Source: Anthoceros angustus | Taxonomy: Eukaryota; Plantae; Anthocerotophyta | Reading direction: 5' to 3' | Assembly: GCA_010909165.1 (NCBI GenBank) | Contig: MU008165.1 | Coordinates: 496,001 to 560,000 of the forward strand | DNA: 64,000 nucleotides | Shown here: piece by piece, positions 22,301 through 34,665 of the stretch | How the letters are laid out: the number at the start of each line of letters is the position of its first letter | How positions within the stretch are numbered: the first letter of the stretch is position 1 | Made by a program: the position numbers and the translations under genes | Notes under the pieces: generated by a model | Told to the model about the DNA's origin: nothing | Databases searched by the model: none | What the model saw: only the letters and a program-made list of their open reading frames with translations

Positions 22301-23046
22301 GTCCTGACGTTTGGTTTGACGCCCTCCTTTTGCATTTGGGCATACAGGTGCAAAGCTGTCTGTCCCTGGTCCTGCTCAGTGTAACCTGCAATCATTGCAT
22401 TCCATGCGACAACGTTGCGTTGGGGCAATGCATCAAACACATGCCGAGCATCCGCAATGCTTCCGCACCTTCCGTACGTGTGCACCAGTGTCGTGGCCAC
22501 AAACAAATCACTGTCACACCCATGGCATACAACATCGCTATGAATTCTCTTAGCTGCTTCAAGGTCAAACAGGCTGCTACAAACTTTCAGTAAGCTGAGG
22601 AAGGTGTAGCTGTTAGGCTTCACACCCTCCTCCTGCATCTTCTGATACATTCTTAAAGCTTTCCTTCCTTCACCCTCATTACTGTAACCTGAGATGATGG
22701 CGGTCCAAGAGAAAACTGTCCTGTGTGGCAAGCTGTTGAAAACGTCCACCGCATCCCTAAGGCTCCCACATTTAACCAAGGACTGGACTAAAGTTTCTCC
22801 CAAAAACCTGTCCAGCTCCAGCCCAGACCTTACTAAGTGCAAGTGAACCTGCTTGGCCTCAGCCAGACAATTCCTCTTCACACATGCTTGCAGGAGATAA
22901 CTATAAATCTGCACTGAGGGATGATTCCCGCGCTCTTCCATGAGCACCAGACTATCCACAGCCTTAGCCAAGTCCCCATCCTGACAGAGACGTTTAATCC
23001 CCTTCTCACACTGATAACGTACCCTGCATGGGGGCCAACAACACAA
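19354..23046 (-). CDS. PLS-E/E+ PPR protein with long-L (LL) motifs and a PG-type box; 5' end uncertain
   Basis: 1230-codon open frame; L motifs with 10-15-aa inserts (e.g. SLAELEQGVLVNGKFVKPQALEQGKSLH); C-terminal PGQTWIEHGEQVNRFLVGD; no HxE or CxxC; the ORF start is TTG, so the true start is probably on an upstream exon. Confidence 0.9.
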   Translation of the reverse strand: MCCWPPCRVRYQCEKGIKRLCQDGDLAKAVDSLVLMEERGNHPSVQIYSYLLQACVKRNCLAEAKQVHLHLVRSGLELDRFLGETLVQSLVKCGSLRDAVDVFNSLPHRTVFSWTAIISGYSNEGEGRKALRMYQKMQEEGVKPNSYTFLSLLKVCSSLFDLEAAKRIHSDVVCHGCDSDLFVATTLVHTYGRCGSIADARHVFDALPQRNVVAWNAMIAGYTEQDQGQTALHLYAQMQKEGVKPNVRTFVTVLKACGNVAAREGQMPGDVQFTNHDLLAIGRNVHVEVVKRNFGRNVFIGSSLVRMYTKCQSILEAREVFDRMSERNVVTWNAIITGYAEEGKEEEVLTLYARMRDECVSPDDRTFVKVLKACASLANSSLRCSRTDFLEIGKAIHAEATRRGYDSDLYVGNTLIYMYAKCGSIVDARHVFDSLPRRDVVSWNSMIVGYAEQEQGEEAWHLYGQMQQEGVNPDVWTFASMINACSSLADKKQAPAAKCKAELARNGKAIYGHAIQQGYGSDVFLGNSLINLYGKCGCVADARDVFDTLQQRDVVSWNAMIGGYAQQEQGVEALQLYALMHEEGVKPDEVTFLCLLEACNNVGALNVCIKTHSEVVLHGFESSLSVATALIHAYSKCGSMVNAQQVFDAMPQRDVWSWTALIAGYCLDPDIAGQGHESRRLSEIALELYEQMQKEGIKPNDRTFVSLLKACSSLAETDDNMCLRKIPQAQELQICKGIHEQIVQSGYAFDTYVGNSLVSMYSKCGSIEDARHIFDKLPNRNVVSWNAMIAGYALQDMGATALQLFNQMKEERVSPDVWTFSSALKACGSLAELEQGVLVNGKFVKPQALEQGKSLHADAIRMGYASNVSVANSLVIMYSKCGSMECARQVFDALPNLDVAPWCAMIVGYVHQGHGETAFQLYHQMKQEGVVPDEPSFVSLLQGCSNMGALNLCCELHRDISVRGYDSTLGMSTALIHAYSKCGNIVDARKVFDSMPKHDAWSWTALIAGYAQQGKCDMSVQCFEEMCDAGITPDGITFLALLSACSWAGMVDKGLEYFRSMSRDYTITPKIEHYGSMVDLLGRVGLFKNVEKLLSQMPMQPDLAMWLSVLAACRTHGNVALGRRAFEHATSIEPKQPAAYLLMSHIYAHAGMGECCEEVELLRQRAGAWSHTPGQTWIEHGEQVNRFLVGDQRHHEVHGLLHFINTNLPVVDVQYPITWPGELILEATGQ

Positions 23047-23801
23047 GTTCTGGACCTGGCCTCTTTTAGGACCTCATTGGACAAACAGGACTTTAAACAT
23101 CTCTTGCTTTCAAACAGGACTTCTGAGGAATCACTTTGCAGGGGCCATACAGACCTCGAAGCAGACTGAGGTTCTCTCAACCCGCCATCTGGTTTGGCAT
23201 CAAGAATGGCCAGCTCAGGATCCCAACCCCGTTGGAACGTTGTGTTCTTCCACAAGGACCCATTTTTCCTCCTGAGGTCCAGGTGTTCAGGGCCTTCCTG
23301 CGGCACATCCAAATCTAACATAATTTCTCACCCATTTAAGCCATCCATTGTCCATATAGACATGAATTCACCGCCTTCTACCACAGACAGTCATCTAACC
23401 TTGCCGAGTTTAGTTTTTGGAGGAGACGCCAAGGATTTTTGCCACGAACCCCTCCCCAGCGCTCCGTCTTGTTTCCCGCCACCTGTTTTCGGATGAAAGA
23501 TGCTTCTGGCATCATCCAAGGCCTCCCCACCTCGTGTACCACAGAGCTCACAACCCAAGAAGCAGGAAGTGTGTCTAAATGGAACGATATCAAGCATGAC
23601 GCTGCCCACCACAGAACCTCAGCTGGCATGAAACGGTCACGACAGGCGATGGACAGGCATCAGACCTGAAAGGCAGGTCCAGCGACCGACCGTGTTACTG
23701 AAGGTACAAGACCGACGGAAACACTGATATCCTTTTGTTTGAAAAGGCACATATTTGCTGGCGGCTGGGGAGATGTGAACGTGGAAATCCAGGAGGGAAG
23801 C

Positions 23802-25726
23802 ATGCCGAAGCAGTTTTCCTTTTGCCGGGTGTGCGGGCGCAACCACGATCAGGGGAAGGGTCATAAGTATGGGTTGAAGCATAAGCAAAGGAGAGATCAG
23901 TTGCTTCTGAATGCCCGCGGGAAGATCCAGGAGGTTCTGTATTTCATGAAGAATGTCACCAAGTTGCCGGAACAAGACAAGCCATTGAACAGATTCTGGT
24001 GTCACTTCTGCGAGGAGGAGATTACTGAAGCATCCAGCTCCTTTGCTTGGTAGTATACCTATCCTGGCTGCGAACTGAGATCTGAGCTCTGGGGCTTGCT
24101 TACAATTGCTGGCCTCCTCGACTTTGATGCAGTGCAAATGTGATCCGGCATCTTGCAAGTCGCAAGCATCTGCATGGGGTTAAAGCTTTCTGGATGGAGC
24201 ATGGAGGAGAATTTGAGCAGCAGCGCGTGTACTGTGTCGCTGCTGTGGACTATGAGAAGGTATTCCTTTTCTCGACTCCTGGGAATGTTTTAGAATTCCT
24301 TGGCAGAGTATTAGGTGAAGCCTCTCATGTTTGGGGTTTTGTGGTGTTGGCAGTGGCTGGCGGCCTGCGATGCAGCTGCACCCAGAGGGCAGGTTGTGAG
24401 GGCGAATAATATCCGCTGTGGCTTTTTAATTTGTAGGCTTGTTGAATTTGTTTGTGCTCTTCTATGCCTCGCCTGTAGACATGTGGAATTGTGTTTGGCC
24501 TTTACAAAAAACTCAAGGATGGGAATTTCCAGGAAATTAGCTCAGGACTGTTTATGGAGCATCCATCTCCTTCTGAGCAAGCCTGGGGCCAGGTTCCCAT
24601 GGCGTCGACGGGTATTACCCATCTGGGTAAGCATCTGCTGAATGAGCATTCACCAAATTTACTCTACAATCTCTTTGGTAGGGCTTTGATCCATTCCTTG
24701 TGAGTAGAAAATGGTTGTGTCTGCAGAGATCAGTTTCTACCTTATAATTCGGATACTCTACTTAAGATACAGAGATTTATTTGTATCTTACAGTTGGGTT
24801 GTTGTGTGATGCAGACTCTCGCAGAAAACCTCAGATGTGTAGTTCTATTTCAGCAGATGGGTCTACAAACAGGCCTCTACAGTTTACCACGTCTTCTGGC
24901 GTCGAAGTGAGTAGGAGTAATTTGCAAGCCCGTCTACGTAGAATGCCTTGCACCCTCTCACACTTGGATAAACTGTGAATACAAATTCTAACTGGAATGG
25001 CTGTTTCGAACTGGTGGCTTCCTTCTAGCAGGACGAACAACAGGATTTGCAACGGAGAGGCACTCTGTCAACTCAAATTATAAGATTTGAGCAAAGTACG
25101 AGTGCTGATTCTAAGGAAGTCCGGTCAATTTGTATGATGACAGTTGGCTGATTTTTATGTACGGATTTGCAGAACTGACCTCCATACCTTTGCCAACCCT
25201 TCCTGGGCTTGGCAATGTGCACACCGGAGCTCCTCCACCATGGTTGAAAGCTGCCGATCAGTCTGCCAGTGGCACTGATGAGAGTGGCCTTAAAGTACTG
25301 TCAAGGAGTCAGGAAAGAAAGCTTGCAAAATTGCGAAATCCTAAGCGAGTAGGAGCTGCTTGGGCTGAGCGACGACGAGCTGAACTTGAGAATGAACTGC
25401 GACAAGGAAAGAGCAGCAGTATACAAAGTGATGCTTCATGGTTACCAAAGTTTGGACGTGTTTGGCAAAGCGGATCACGCATGGACACAAGGCGAGAATT
25501 TGAAGCTGAGAAGTCTGGGGAGAAGCGAAAAATCTCCTCTGTCTCTGTTTCTGACTCCACTCCTATCGAAGTGAAACCCTACATCAGCAAGCGGCAGGTT
25601 AAAGTCTTAGCTCTTCTTCACGGATGCACTTCTGCTCTCTTTACAATTTGATTTCGAGGAATTTAGAACTGAAGTTTATTTTGGTGTAAACAGCGTCAAG
25701 AAAAGGTTACAGGCTCCGACAACTGA
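23802..25726 (+). CDS. TTL: TITAN-LIKE / CCDC84 (CENATAC) minor-spliceosome factor, multi-exon
   Basis: Zinc fingers FCRVCGRNHDQGKGHKY and FWCHFC...IRHLASRKH; C-terminal motifs GNVHTGAPPPWL, NPKRVGAAWAERRR and WLPKFGRVWQSGSR; stop at 25724-25726. Confidence 0.9.
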
Positions 25727-26253
25727 GCATGAGTCAATGCACTGCTGAAATCCATGTATCCACACTGTGAGATGGCTAACAGGTATTGTCTGTTCTGCTG
25801 CACTAAGCTGTCCGTTCAAGGAGATGGTGTATTTAATGGTCAGAGGATATCACAGTATGTGTTTGGCATGTGTATGGTTGTTTTCAGCCTTTACAGACTT
25901 CAACTTACTAAGCACCCTCTCTGCAGGCCAGGAGTGCATACAGCACTGGTTCATGGTATCTCACGTCACCGTTTTGTTCTTTGTTCTGTTTTTACTGATA
26001 TTAAATGTATCTGGTGTTTTGTTGACGAGAATGTGGCTGATGGCAGCCCTCCACTGAGTTCCACCTCGTGCCTATTTGGATGCCAACACGTCTGAGCTGA
26101 GGTGATAGCATACTTCCGGCAGAAGCCATGCTGGAACAGGTCCAACCGGGAAGAGAGTGTGCTATCATGTAAAGGGAGCAGGAAAGGATCAGCTGAGTGG
26201 GACGAGGGGGATCTATTTTGCTCCAGTAGCACCTTAGGGAGGCTGTTTTTCCT

Positions 26254-29200
26254 TCAAGGTGGGTTCGGGCTGGCGTTTGGCTGTTGGCTCAAGGATCTTC
26301 GAGAAATTCGGGCACGAGCTGGAGGTGCCTGCTCAGGGGGCAGGCTGACAACTTCTGGCAGTTCCGTCCCAGCAGCACCCATGTCTCTCTTCAGGCCCAG
26401 AGCATCGATGAGGATGGTTGGGGCAAAGAGAGGCTTATTGTCATGGAGGTTGCAGTCCTCAAAGAAGCATAGCATAATGGTGTCGATGCCCATATCATAG
26501 ACCTGCATAGATGCAGTTACATTAGAACTAGATGTGCACATACAACGTTCCAAGGAAGTTATGATTCAGTTGATTCTTACCTGCAAGAAGATTTGTGAGA
26601 TTAGATAGCCAACGACTGCAGAACATGTGACGGGGAGCAAAGGGCTTGAGAGGTATCGTCTAGAGGCAGGATCCGAGTATGTTTTCCACTCGCAGATAGA
26701 AAAGGCAGCAACTCCACAAGCAAGTGCTACCATCAGTTGGCCGACAAATATTATCATTCCTGACAGCACGTTGATTGTGCTAACTCGCAACACATTCTTC
26801 AATATGAGTCCCACGGCATGTGCTGCTGACGCACAGTAGCCTGTGCCCTTGATGGCTACCACGATGTAGGCATTCCTGGCAGCAACAGCAGAATGTTGAT
26901 GTCTTCCTTCCGTTCTAGATCACATGTCTCGATAAAGCCAAGGGAGATAAGATTGTCACCTGTTTACAAACGTGAGCATTGCCTCAACAACCCAAAGAAA
27001 GCAGCGAATCATGGCTAGAACGAAGCGTGCAACCATCACACCATCGGTCATGGGCTTTGTCTTCCTCTTCACATACTCGAAGATGAGCCTGACGAACTGA
27101 AGAACGGCAATGATCATAGAACCGAGAGCTATGGTTCCAAGGTGATACCGGAAGGTCCTTTTCAAAGATATGCACAAAGGCTTCCCAGTTGGATCCCCTT
27201 GCTGCCAGTAGAATAAGGACACGGCGCCCGCAATGACAACATCCCCAATTCCTGCACAAACATATTTTGAGCGTGATGCAACAGAAGGCACAAACTCTTG
27301 AGCGACGGTGGCAAACCTCCAGTAAGGGGCTCCTTACCATGGATAAACTGCCAGGTCCATAGAAGGCCAAACAGATGGTATATTCCCACGTATCTCAGAG
27401 TGTTGTCCCAGTGGATAGCGTATGCACCATTTGGCTCCACCTCCACTTGCCCATCGGTGTAGAGATATATTGCGACTAGAAGCCACCAGATGACCAGAAT
27501 GGCACACAGAATAAAGGGGAAGATGGGAAAGAAAAGAAGGCACGGCAAAGAAGCAACGGCACTGCTGGCAATTTCAATACAAGCAATGGCCACAGCTATT
27601 CGTTTGCGCATCACCACTGTTAAAACTAGGCCTATAACTGTAGCTCCTGTCATTACATAGGCCAATATTTCGAAAACTTTCTTGTTTGTCGACGAGGGAT
27701 CAAATGCTGAAGGTAAAGGCCCTGTCTCCCTTTCCAACCTTTCTCCTAGGGCTGATCCGGCTAACTTGCCTGCATGAAGTCCAGGGAAACATGTCTGCTT
27801 AACAACCGTTCTTGCTTAAAAGGGTCACCTATCAGCAACACCTTGCAAAGGATGCAGGGGGATGACCTGCTTTTACGTAACAGAAGAGAGCGAAGCACAA
27901 AATTGTGAAGTTCGTCAGACAAATCGTAGTCCATGTCATGAGCCCCGCACAATTCCGCATCAGCCCAATCCAGACGAATGACAGGACCATACCTCCTCCC
28001 ATACCACATGCCAAGATGATCATGTAACCTTTCAGCAGGTCAGCCAAGTATTCCACAAGTCTGAGAAGATCCATAACAATCAGCATCCACTTATAACCTG
28101 ATTGTGCTGTTGTTCTACATCCTGATCAGTTGGTGAAGGCTCATAGAAGGACCAACCTTGCTTTGCTGAACTGCTTTGTGAGTCTCTCATAAATCATAGT
28201 CATATTGCTAGCATCGTTCATGACAGAGCTGTGATCTGTGATTCCGACGCCATTCTGACGTTGGCCTGCCCCATCATACAAAGGTTCATAGTGATTTTCA
28301 TGTTGACACGATTGATGATCTTGTGTCTTGGTCATTCATGTAGTGCCTTTAGACGATCTGATCAGCTTGCCACTTACCAGTGTCCATCACCTGAATGTGT
28401 GCAGAAGTCACAATCTGGTCCCTGGCTGTCTCATCGTTCAAGTCAGAGTAAACTACACCTTTTGCTGAAGCATTTGCAACAGAGTCAGGAGGACGAGGGA
28501 AGCATTTGTTGAGAAGCGTATACGTTGACATCAGGACCCTGTAACAAGGACCCTTTCCTGTGAAGAATGTACGGACTTTTCTTCAGAGAAAAGCCTTGAG
28601 GTTGCCAAAATGTACAGAACAGCTGCACAAGTAGTATCAGCAGCTCATCTGGCTTGGCACCAGGGGAGCAGGTTCTGGTACCTTCTTGAGATGACATTTT
28701 CTTGTCATCCGACAGTGAATCATAGTAGTCAGTGTCCCAGGTCTTGTTGTACACACACACGTAGGAGCTAGTCTGCAATACAATGTAGTGCTGCGTAAGA
28801 GGCAGAGTTAAGCGACAGTGAAAGGGAAAGGAGAACATACCAAACCTTGCACTCATGCAGCAAAATATACAGAAGTTCATCATTCTGACATCTAGTAGTG
28901 AAGTTTGGCCCCATGCAATTTTTCACAAGGACCAATGCATGTTCACATTAAGGACCACTACGGCAAAGATTGGGGAAGCCTTCACTTATTAAAGGAAGAG
29001 AAACGCGTACAAGGCATCGAAGGTGCAGAGCCGTAGCCTACATCAGTGGGGCACGAACTGAGGCAGACAGTCTTCATGGTGGTCAGATCAGCGCTGGTTA
29101 TAAACTCCGTTGGATCCAACCTGAGAACACGATGCATGAACATGTTAAAAATACCTGGCATCAAAATGCAGCACTGCGGGAGAAATGAATGAATCTAGGA

Positions 29201-29793
29201 GGATGGAGGATGCTACCAATAAATGTTCCTTCTGCGAGTGAAGTCCGGTGGATTGGAGCCAATGTAGAACGATTCATTGGTTCCACAGATGTTGCCAGAC
29301 ATGTCCATCCCGTACAATATCCTGCACAAGATATTTCAACTCAGGTTGTACAGAAGGCCAAGGTCTCTTGCTCCGTCTTCCAAGAAAGCTCAAACAAACT
29401 AGTTTAACGCCAACCTATTCGTATTGCCCTCTGCAAATGCTGTGACGCCCAAAACAATCATCCCAACCTGAAAAATCAATGTGTCAGAGCCCACATCGAG
29501 GAAGCACATCGATCACGCAATACATGCAAACGTTGGGCCAACTCACTAACTTCCAAACACAGAGAAAATTCTCTACCCAGAAGGCACCGAACAGCAGAAG
29601 AAAGCAGCCATTCGTGCAAGACCGCTTCTCCGAGATCACACCGGGGTTCTGCAAGCCCACAACCTAGGTTTCAAGCATCTGCTCATGATCGAATTGGACT
29701 CTCATAGCTGTGTATCAGGGCACATTTTTGACAGACCTGAGGACCCATGGATGCAATGTCTGTTGTCGTCTCATGGCTGCAAGCGCATCCCAT
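26254..29793 (-). CDS. Choline transporter-like (CTL/SLC44) membrane protein, multi-exon
   Basis: Spliced motifs KRSCTNGCFLLLFGAFW, VCLSSCP, GPCYRV, RYHLGTIALGSMII, NAYIVVAIKGTGYCASA, YDMGIDTIMLCFFEDC; first exon MGCACSHETTTDIASMGPQ with GT donor. Confidence 0.9.
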
Positions 29794-30242
29794 GTTTTAC
29801 GAGCTTAAACAGGGAAATTGTCCAACTCGCTGGAGGACTTATGTGAGTCACAGGATCAGAACACACCCTCTCTTGGCAGCGTGCAAGCACCAGCTGAAGT
29901 GGGCGGTTTTCCTTCTGTCCGGTTCACGGGATTGGGATTACGTTACAGCTGACTGGTGGGAACCCAAAGAGAAGCGACAACGGACAAACGCTTGGAAGAC
30001 GTCATGTGTTGATTAGTAGGTAGCACACATCGTATGAATCGGTCATCATGTATTTCGTAGAATATAAATCGATGCCTATATACATGTCATCTATAATGTC
30101 TCCACGTTGCCTATATAAAATGTAATGTGTCGTGTCAGCATGTCATTACCGGTCACCACGGAACAATGTTGTTTTGTTTCCATCAAAAATCCATCTCTAG
30201 GCATGTCATATATGTATGTACATAGGTAGGTGGGTTGTTGCA

Positions 30243-31652
30243 CTACAGGCGAACATCTGGTCTGAGCTCCATGAACTGGAAGCCATCAAGAAGGTTCGAG
30301 AGCTTGTGCCAAGAGTGGTGACGCAGATGATAAGTAAAGATCTGACGGCAAGCAGACTCTCTCAAGCTCATAAGGAGGAAGTCTCCTGCAACCTGGACGT
30401 TGTCCAGGCAGAAAAACTTCCTGCTCGTGCCAGTAAGTGACTCCATTTTGGCCAGAAGTTCTTCAGGTGCGTCTACAGTCTGCTCCCACTGCAGCCTGGC
30501 AACATCAAGCGTCCAGACTGCACCAGAGCAGGCCAAGAGGTTTCCACCATGCTCTGCAAGAAAGACTTCAAAATCACCACTGTGGCTCCCCCACCACTGG
30601 ACAGGCATCTCAACCCAGTAGTGCTCAAACTGAGGCATGGCGATCACTCCACCCACGCATCCACCATCTTCAGTGCTCAGCTCCCGCAGCTTATACCCCA
30701 TGCTGACGAAGAGAGACTCATTGCAGAGAACAAGGTGGTTACAGCCAGAGAAGTAATTATACACAACAGTAGAGAAATCCGCATTGTGCTCTCGTCTACC
30801 GGCAACGACCTTCCAATCATCAGAGATGCTGCTGAAGACACAGAATCTCCCCACATCTTCCAACCACCTAGATGACACTACCCGCATGACAATAACCTTG
30901 AAGCGTGCGCAAGTGGTGGGCGAACCCCCCTTCTTGTCTACCACCAATACCACCTTCATGCCTGGAAGCCCAACACGACAACTAGGATACCTCCATCCGA
31001 TGCCCGCAACGACAAGCTCTGGCAGTTCTCTGTACGTCAGGTTCATCGGGTTCAGAACACAAAACCGCAGCGTGTCAGAACTCCTCGTCGTGCACTGCAA
31101 GCAGATGAGCCCGCAGCTAGAGTCCACCACCTGCAGCTTGGTCAGGGGATTCCAATTGGCGAACAAGGGAGGCAAGAAGGACATGTCCAGATTCAAGGTC
31201 TTGTGATACCGTCCTCGCCAGAGCTGCAACTCGTCTTTGTCCGGTGCCGCTTTGGACCGGGGCCTGAACCGGAAAGCGCAGACAGGCAAGGGGAGGGTCA
31301 GGGCCAGGCAGGCACTCCTGTGCATGAAGCCGGGAGACGAGAGCAGCGACAGCCAGGCTCTGCAAACGGCTCGGAATCGAGCTTGGGCCGAGGACGGCAG
31401 CAGCAACAGCACTTGCTCTACCACCTCCTCAGGCAGCTGGCTCCACGCTGCGCTCTCCATCTCCACGTTTGGGCTACCTTTGTTGCCACCTTCAACCATG
31501 TAGATTTCCAGCTGCGCCGCCTTCTCATCAGCTATGTCACATCTTCCCGTGTTTGGATCCAAAATGGATCTACTGTGATCCATCTTCTTCCTCTCCTGCG
31601 TTGCTGCTGGCAGCCCGGCCAGTAGATCGCTGCAAGCGTGAGCTGAAAGCAT
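30243..31652 (-). CDS. F-box protein (F-box plus associated beta-propeller-like domain), intronless
   Basis: WSQLPEEVVEQVLLLLP...ARFRAVCRAWLSLLSSPGF; SSCGLICL; CVLNPMNLTYRELP; true start may be a downstream ATG. Confidence 0.85.
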   Translation of the reverse strand: MLSAHACSDLLAGLPAATQERKKMDHSRSILDPNTGRCDIADEKAAQLEIYMVEGGNKGSPNVEMESAAWSQLPEEVVEQVLLLLPSSAQARFRAVCRAWLSLLSSPGFMHRSACLALTLPLPVCAFRFRPRSKAAPDKDELQLWRGRYHKTLNLDMSFLPPLFANWNPLTKLQVVDSSCGLICLQCTTRSSDTLRFCVLNPMNLTYRELPELVVAGIGWRYPSCRVGLPGMKVVLVVDKKGGSPTTCARFKVIVMRVVSSRWLEDVGRFCVFSSISDDWKVVAGRREHNADFSTVVYNYFSGCNHLVLCNESLFVSMGYKLRELSTEDGGCVGGVIAMPQFEHYWVEMPVQWWGSHSGDFEVFLAEHGGNLLACSGAVWTLDVARLQWEQTVDAPEELLAKMESLTGTSRKFFCLDNVQVAGDFLLMSLRESACRQIFTYHLRHHSWHKLSNLLDGFQFMELRPDVRL

Positions 31653-31850
31653 ACACCATTTCTCTCCCCTCCAGATGACGCTGCTTGCGTGAGCATTTTG
31701 GAAAGTAAACCAGCTTCCATGGTGGGCTACCGCTAAAAGTGTGGAGGGTTCTCCCTACCGATTTGAAGTCGCACCTGCCTCTGATCGGCACACCACCATG
31801 AAGTGGCAGGCAGTTAATGAAATCCAGGATGTTCTTGGCGGAGATGCGGG

Positions 31851-34665
31851 ATGAACAGTCTCTCAGAAATCAGGCATGCTGGCGCTAAGAGGCGCAAATC
31901 TACTGGTGACTTGCCGCAACGTGTGACTCAGGTGCGGGGTGCAAAGGCCAGATCCAAATCACAATTGGTTGGAGACGGAGGGGGGCCGGGTGTTGGCTCC
32001 AGGAGTCTTTGCTCTGGTTTTCTCTCTGGTGTTTGTGCCTATTTTGTTGAAGGGGGAACAAGCAGCAAACGATTGCAGGTAATTCTGTTACCTCTACCTC
32101 TGCATGCACCGAGTACGGGAGAAGACGGCTCAATTGGATCCTTCTTGTTTTCCCGTCCAATCTTGGTTGTCTTCTGCAGATATGGAAGGACAAGGTTGTG
32201 TTGTTGGGCGGTTCGGTTGTTGAGACGCTTGCAGAGCAAGCAACTCAAGTCACTCATGTCCTGGCTACCGATTTCTCGTTTGTCAGGAAGGTTCTCCCTG
32301 CTGGGCTGGACAGTCTGGTAATGTGTGAATTATTCACTGCTTCATGCACATCTTGTTTTCCACATCTGTAGATAGGCTTGTGGAGGCAGAGGCGGGTCTC
32401 ATTCTTGTGCTGTTTCTTGATACCAGTGCTTTGTCCAGTATAGTTGGATAGAAGACTGTCTCAAGGAGGGCAGGTTGGTGTCCTGTGAGCGCTACATCCT
32501 TTCAAAGTCCGCGGAAGCTGAAGTTCCATCACCCTCGGTCGGTGTTGACCCTGGGCGTGCTCAAGAGAATGGAAAAGCCGTCACTTCCTCTCAGAGAATG
32601 GAGAATGTGGTCTTTGAAGGTGGTCAGACCACGCCAGCAGAAGTAACAGATGTGGGGGAAATCATTATTGGTCCAAGAGTGCAACTAGAGGCAGATGGAG
32701 CTGCAGTCGCTCTTCCAGGCCCTTTGCCTCACAGCGGTGACAAACAGGAGTTTGGATATGGAAAAAACGTTGATAACTTGGATTCCGAGGACGATGAAGA
32801 TGCAGACTTTGAAAATCTCCAGGGTGGGCTTAGTGAAGGGGGAAAGTATGAACCAAGTACCTTGAATGCACATATCACCAAGCCACTGAGGGATATGTGG
32901 CACATTTATGAAGACGCTTTTGGGGATGAATGGCGGGCTTTAACGTACAAGAAAGTACTGATTTGGACCTTCTCTTGAGACACTCAGCGAACTTTGTGCA
33001 AGTGTTTTGTTCTGGCCAAATAACGCCGAGCCTCTGTGGTTTCACATGCATTCTTCATATAGCTAAGATTATTGGAGCCTTGCAGGCTGGGAACCGAATT
33101 GGCAGGCTTCCTTACAAACTCACAAATGCTCAGCAGCTCAAGAGCATGAATGGACTGGGAAAATCTATTCTGGCGAAGGTGAAAGAAATTATAACTACTG
33201 GGCGTTTGCAGAAGCTTGAAAATTTGCAAGCAAATGAGCAGGTCTTCCTTCCTTTGTCCCCTGGTTACGATGCTTACATAAACGCTTTTGTATGGTGAAG
33301 GACTGAATTATGTGGAATCCGAATACAGGTCCAGACAATACGTCTCTTCAGTTCAGTGTGGGGAATCGGCCCAAAGCATGCACGAAGGCTTCATCAGGCA
33401 GGCCACCGGACCTTGGATGATATTGCCAATGACCCTTCTTTGACTTACATGTCCAAGTTGGGTTTGAGGTTCTACGACGACCTCAACCTGCGCATTCCTC
33501 GAGAGGAAGTTTATGAAGCAGAGAAGTTCGTTGTGCTGGTAGTAGAAGGTATTTGTGCCGGAGTAAGTCAATACAGACAAGGTTGTTAACGCTTGTTCTG
33601 CTGGCAGTACGACCTGCACATCCGTCATTTAGACGTGCAAGTGCGATGAGTCTTATGAACTTGGGGAGCGTGCTCTGCTGCAGGTATGGGCACGAGCCAC
33701 AGGATCCTATCGTCGGGGCCAACCAACCTGTGGCGACATTGATGTACTGATCACTCATCCAGATGGACAGAGGTGTGTCAAAATAGTTCACCATGCTTGC
33801 CATTTCATCGTCTCTAGTGTACACATGTATGCCCAGTATGAATGACACATTCGACTGTGGACCACAGTCAGGAGGGCCTCCTGGCAAAGCTAGTAGACAA
33901 GCTTACACAAGTTGGGTTCTTAGCAGCTGGCCTGGATTTCACTGATCACAGTATCGAGGTACATGCCACGTGCCGTTCTCTTGAATGCGTCCTTTTTTTT
34001 TTTCTTGCCAACTCTGATGGCTGGCAGTCTCACTGGAACCAGGGTACAAAGCATCAGGTGGACTCGTTCATGGGGATCTGCAAAGTTTCTGGGTTTCCCA
34101 CTCACAGGCGCATAGACATCAAGGTCTGACTGCTGCTGGACAGTCTTTTGCAAACGTTCAACCTTATAATTGGTTCTGGCGTCACTGAAGTTCCCTGCTC
34201 GCTAACTTCCAAATGAGCATTGTGCAATCCCAGGTATACCCAAAGCAGATGTACGCATTTGCATTGCTTGCCTTCACTGGGAATGATGTCCTGAACCGCA
34301 GGTATGCAAGCACCTTCACTTCTGATGTTTTTCCAGTTCCTGTATATTGTTTGGTCCTGTTGGACTCATTTGCTGCACATTGGACACTGCATCTCCCAGG
34401 CTTAGATATGCAGCGAGACTGAAGGGGTACAAGCTGAACGACTCTGGCTTGTTTCTTCGACCTTCGAAGCAGAAAAGTGTATCTCATCTTGAACAGCTTT
34501 GTGAAAATACATCCGCACCAGAGTTCTTGATGCCATGTGTCGAGCTCACCGGGTGTATGCGTGCAGGGCGCGTCCACCAATGTGTCCATTCCATGTTCGA
34601 CGGAGCAAGAAGTATTTGAAAATCTCGGGTTTCCATATCCTGAGCCACATGATCGGAATTGGTGA
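31851..34665 (+). CDS. POLL: DNA polymerase lambda (Pol X family, N-terminal BRCT), multi-exon
   Basis: [74 protein letters not shown], terminal [12 protein letters not shown]; the three catalytic Asp positions are present. Confidence 0.92.
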
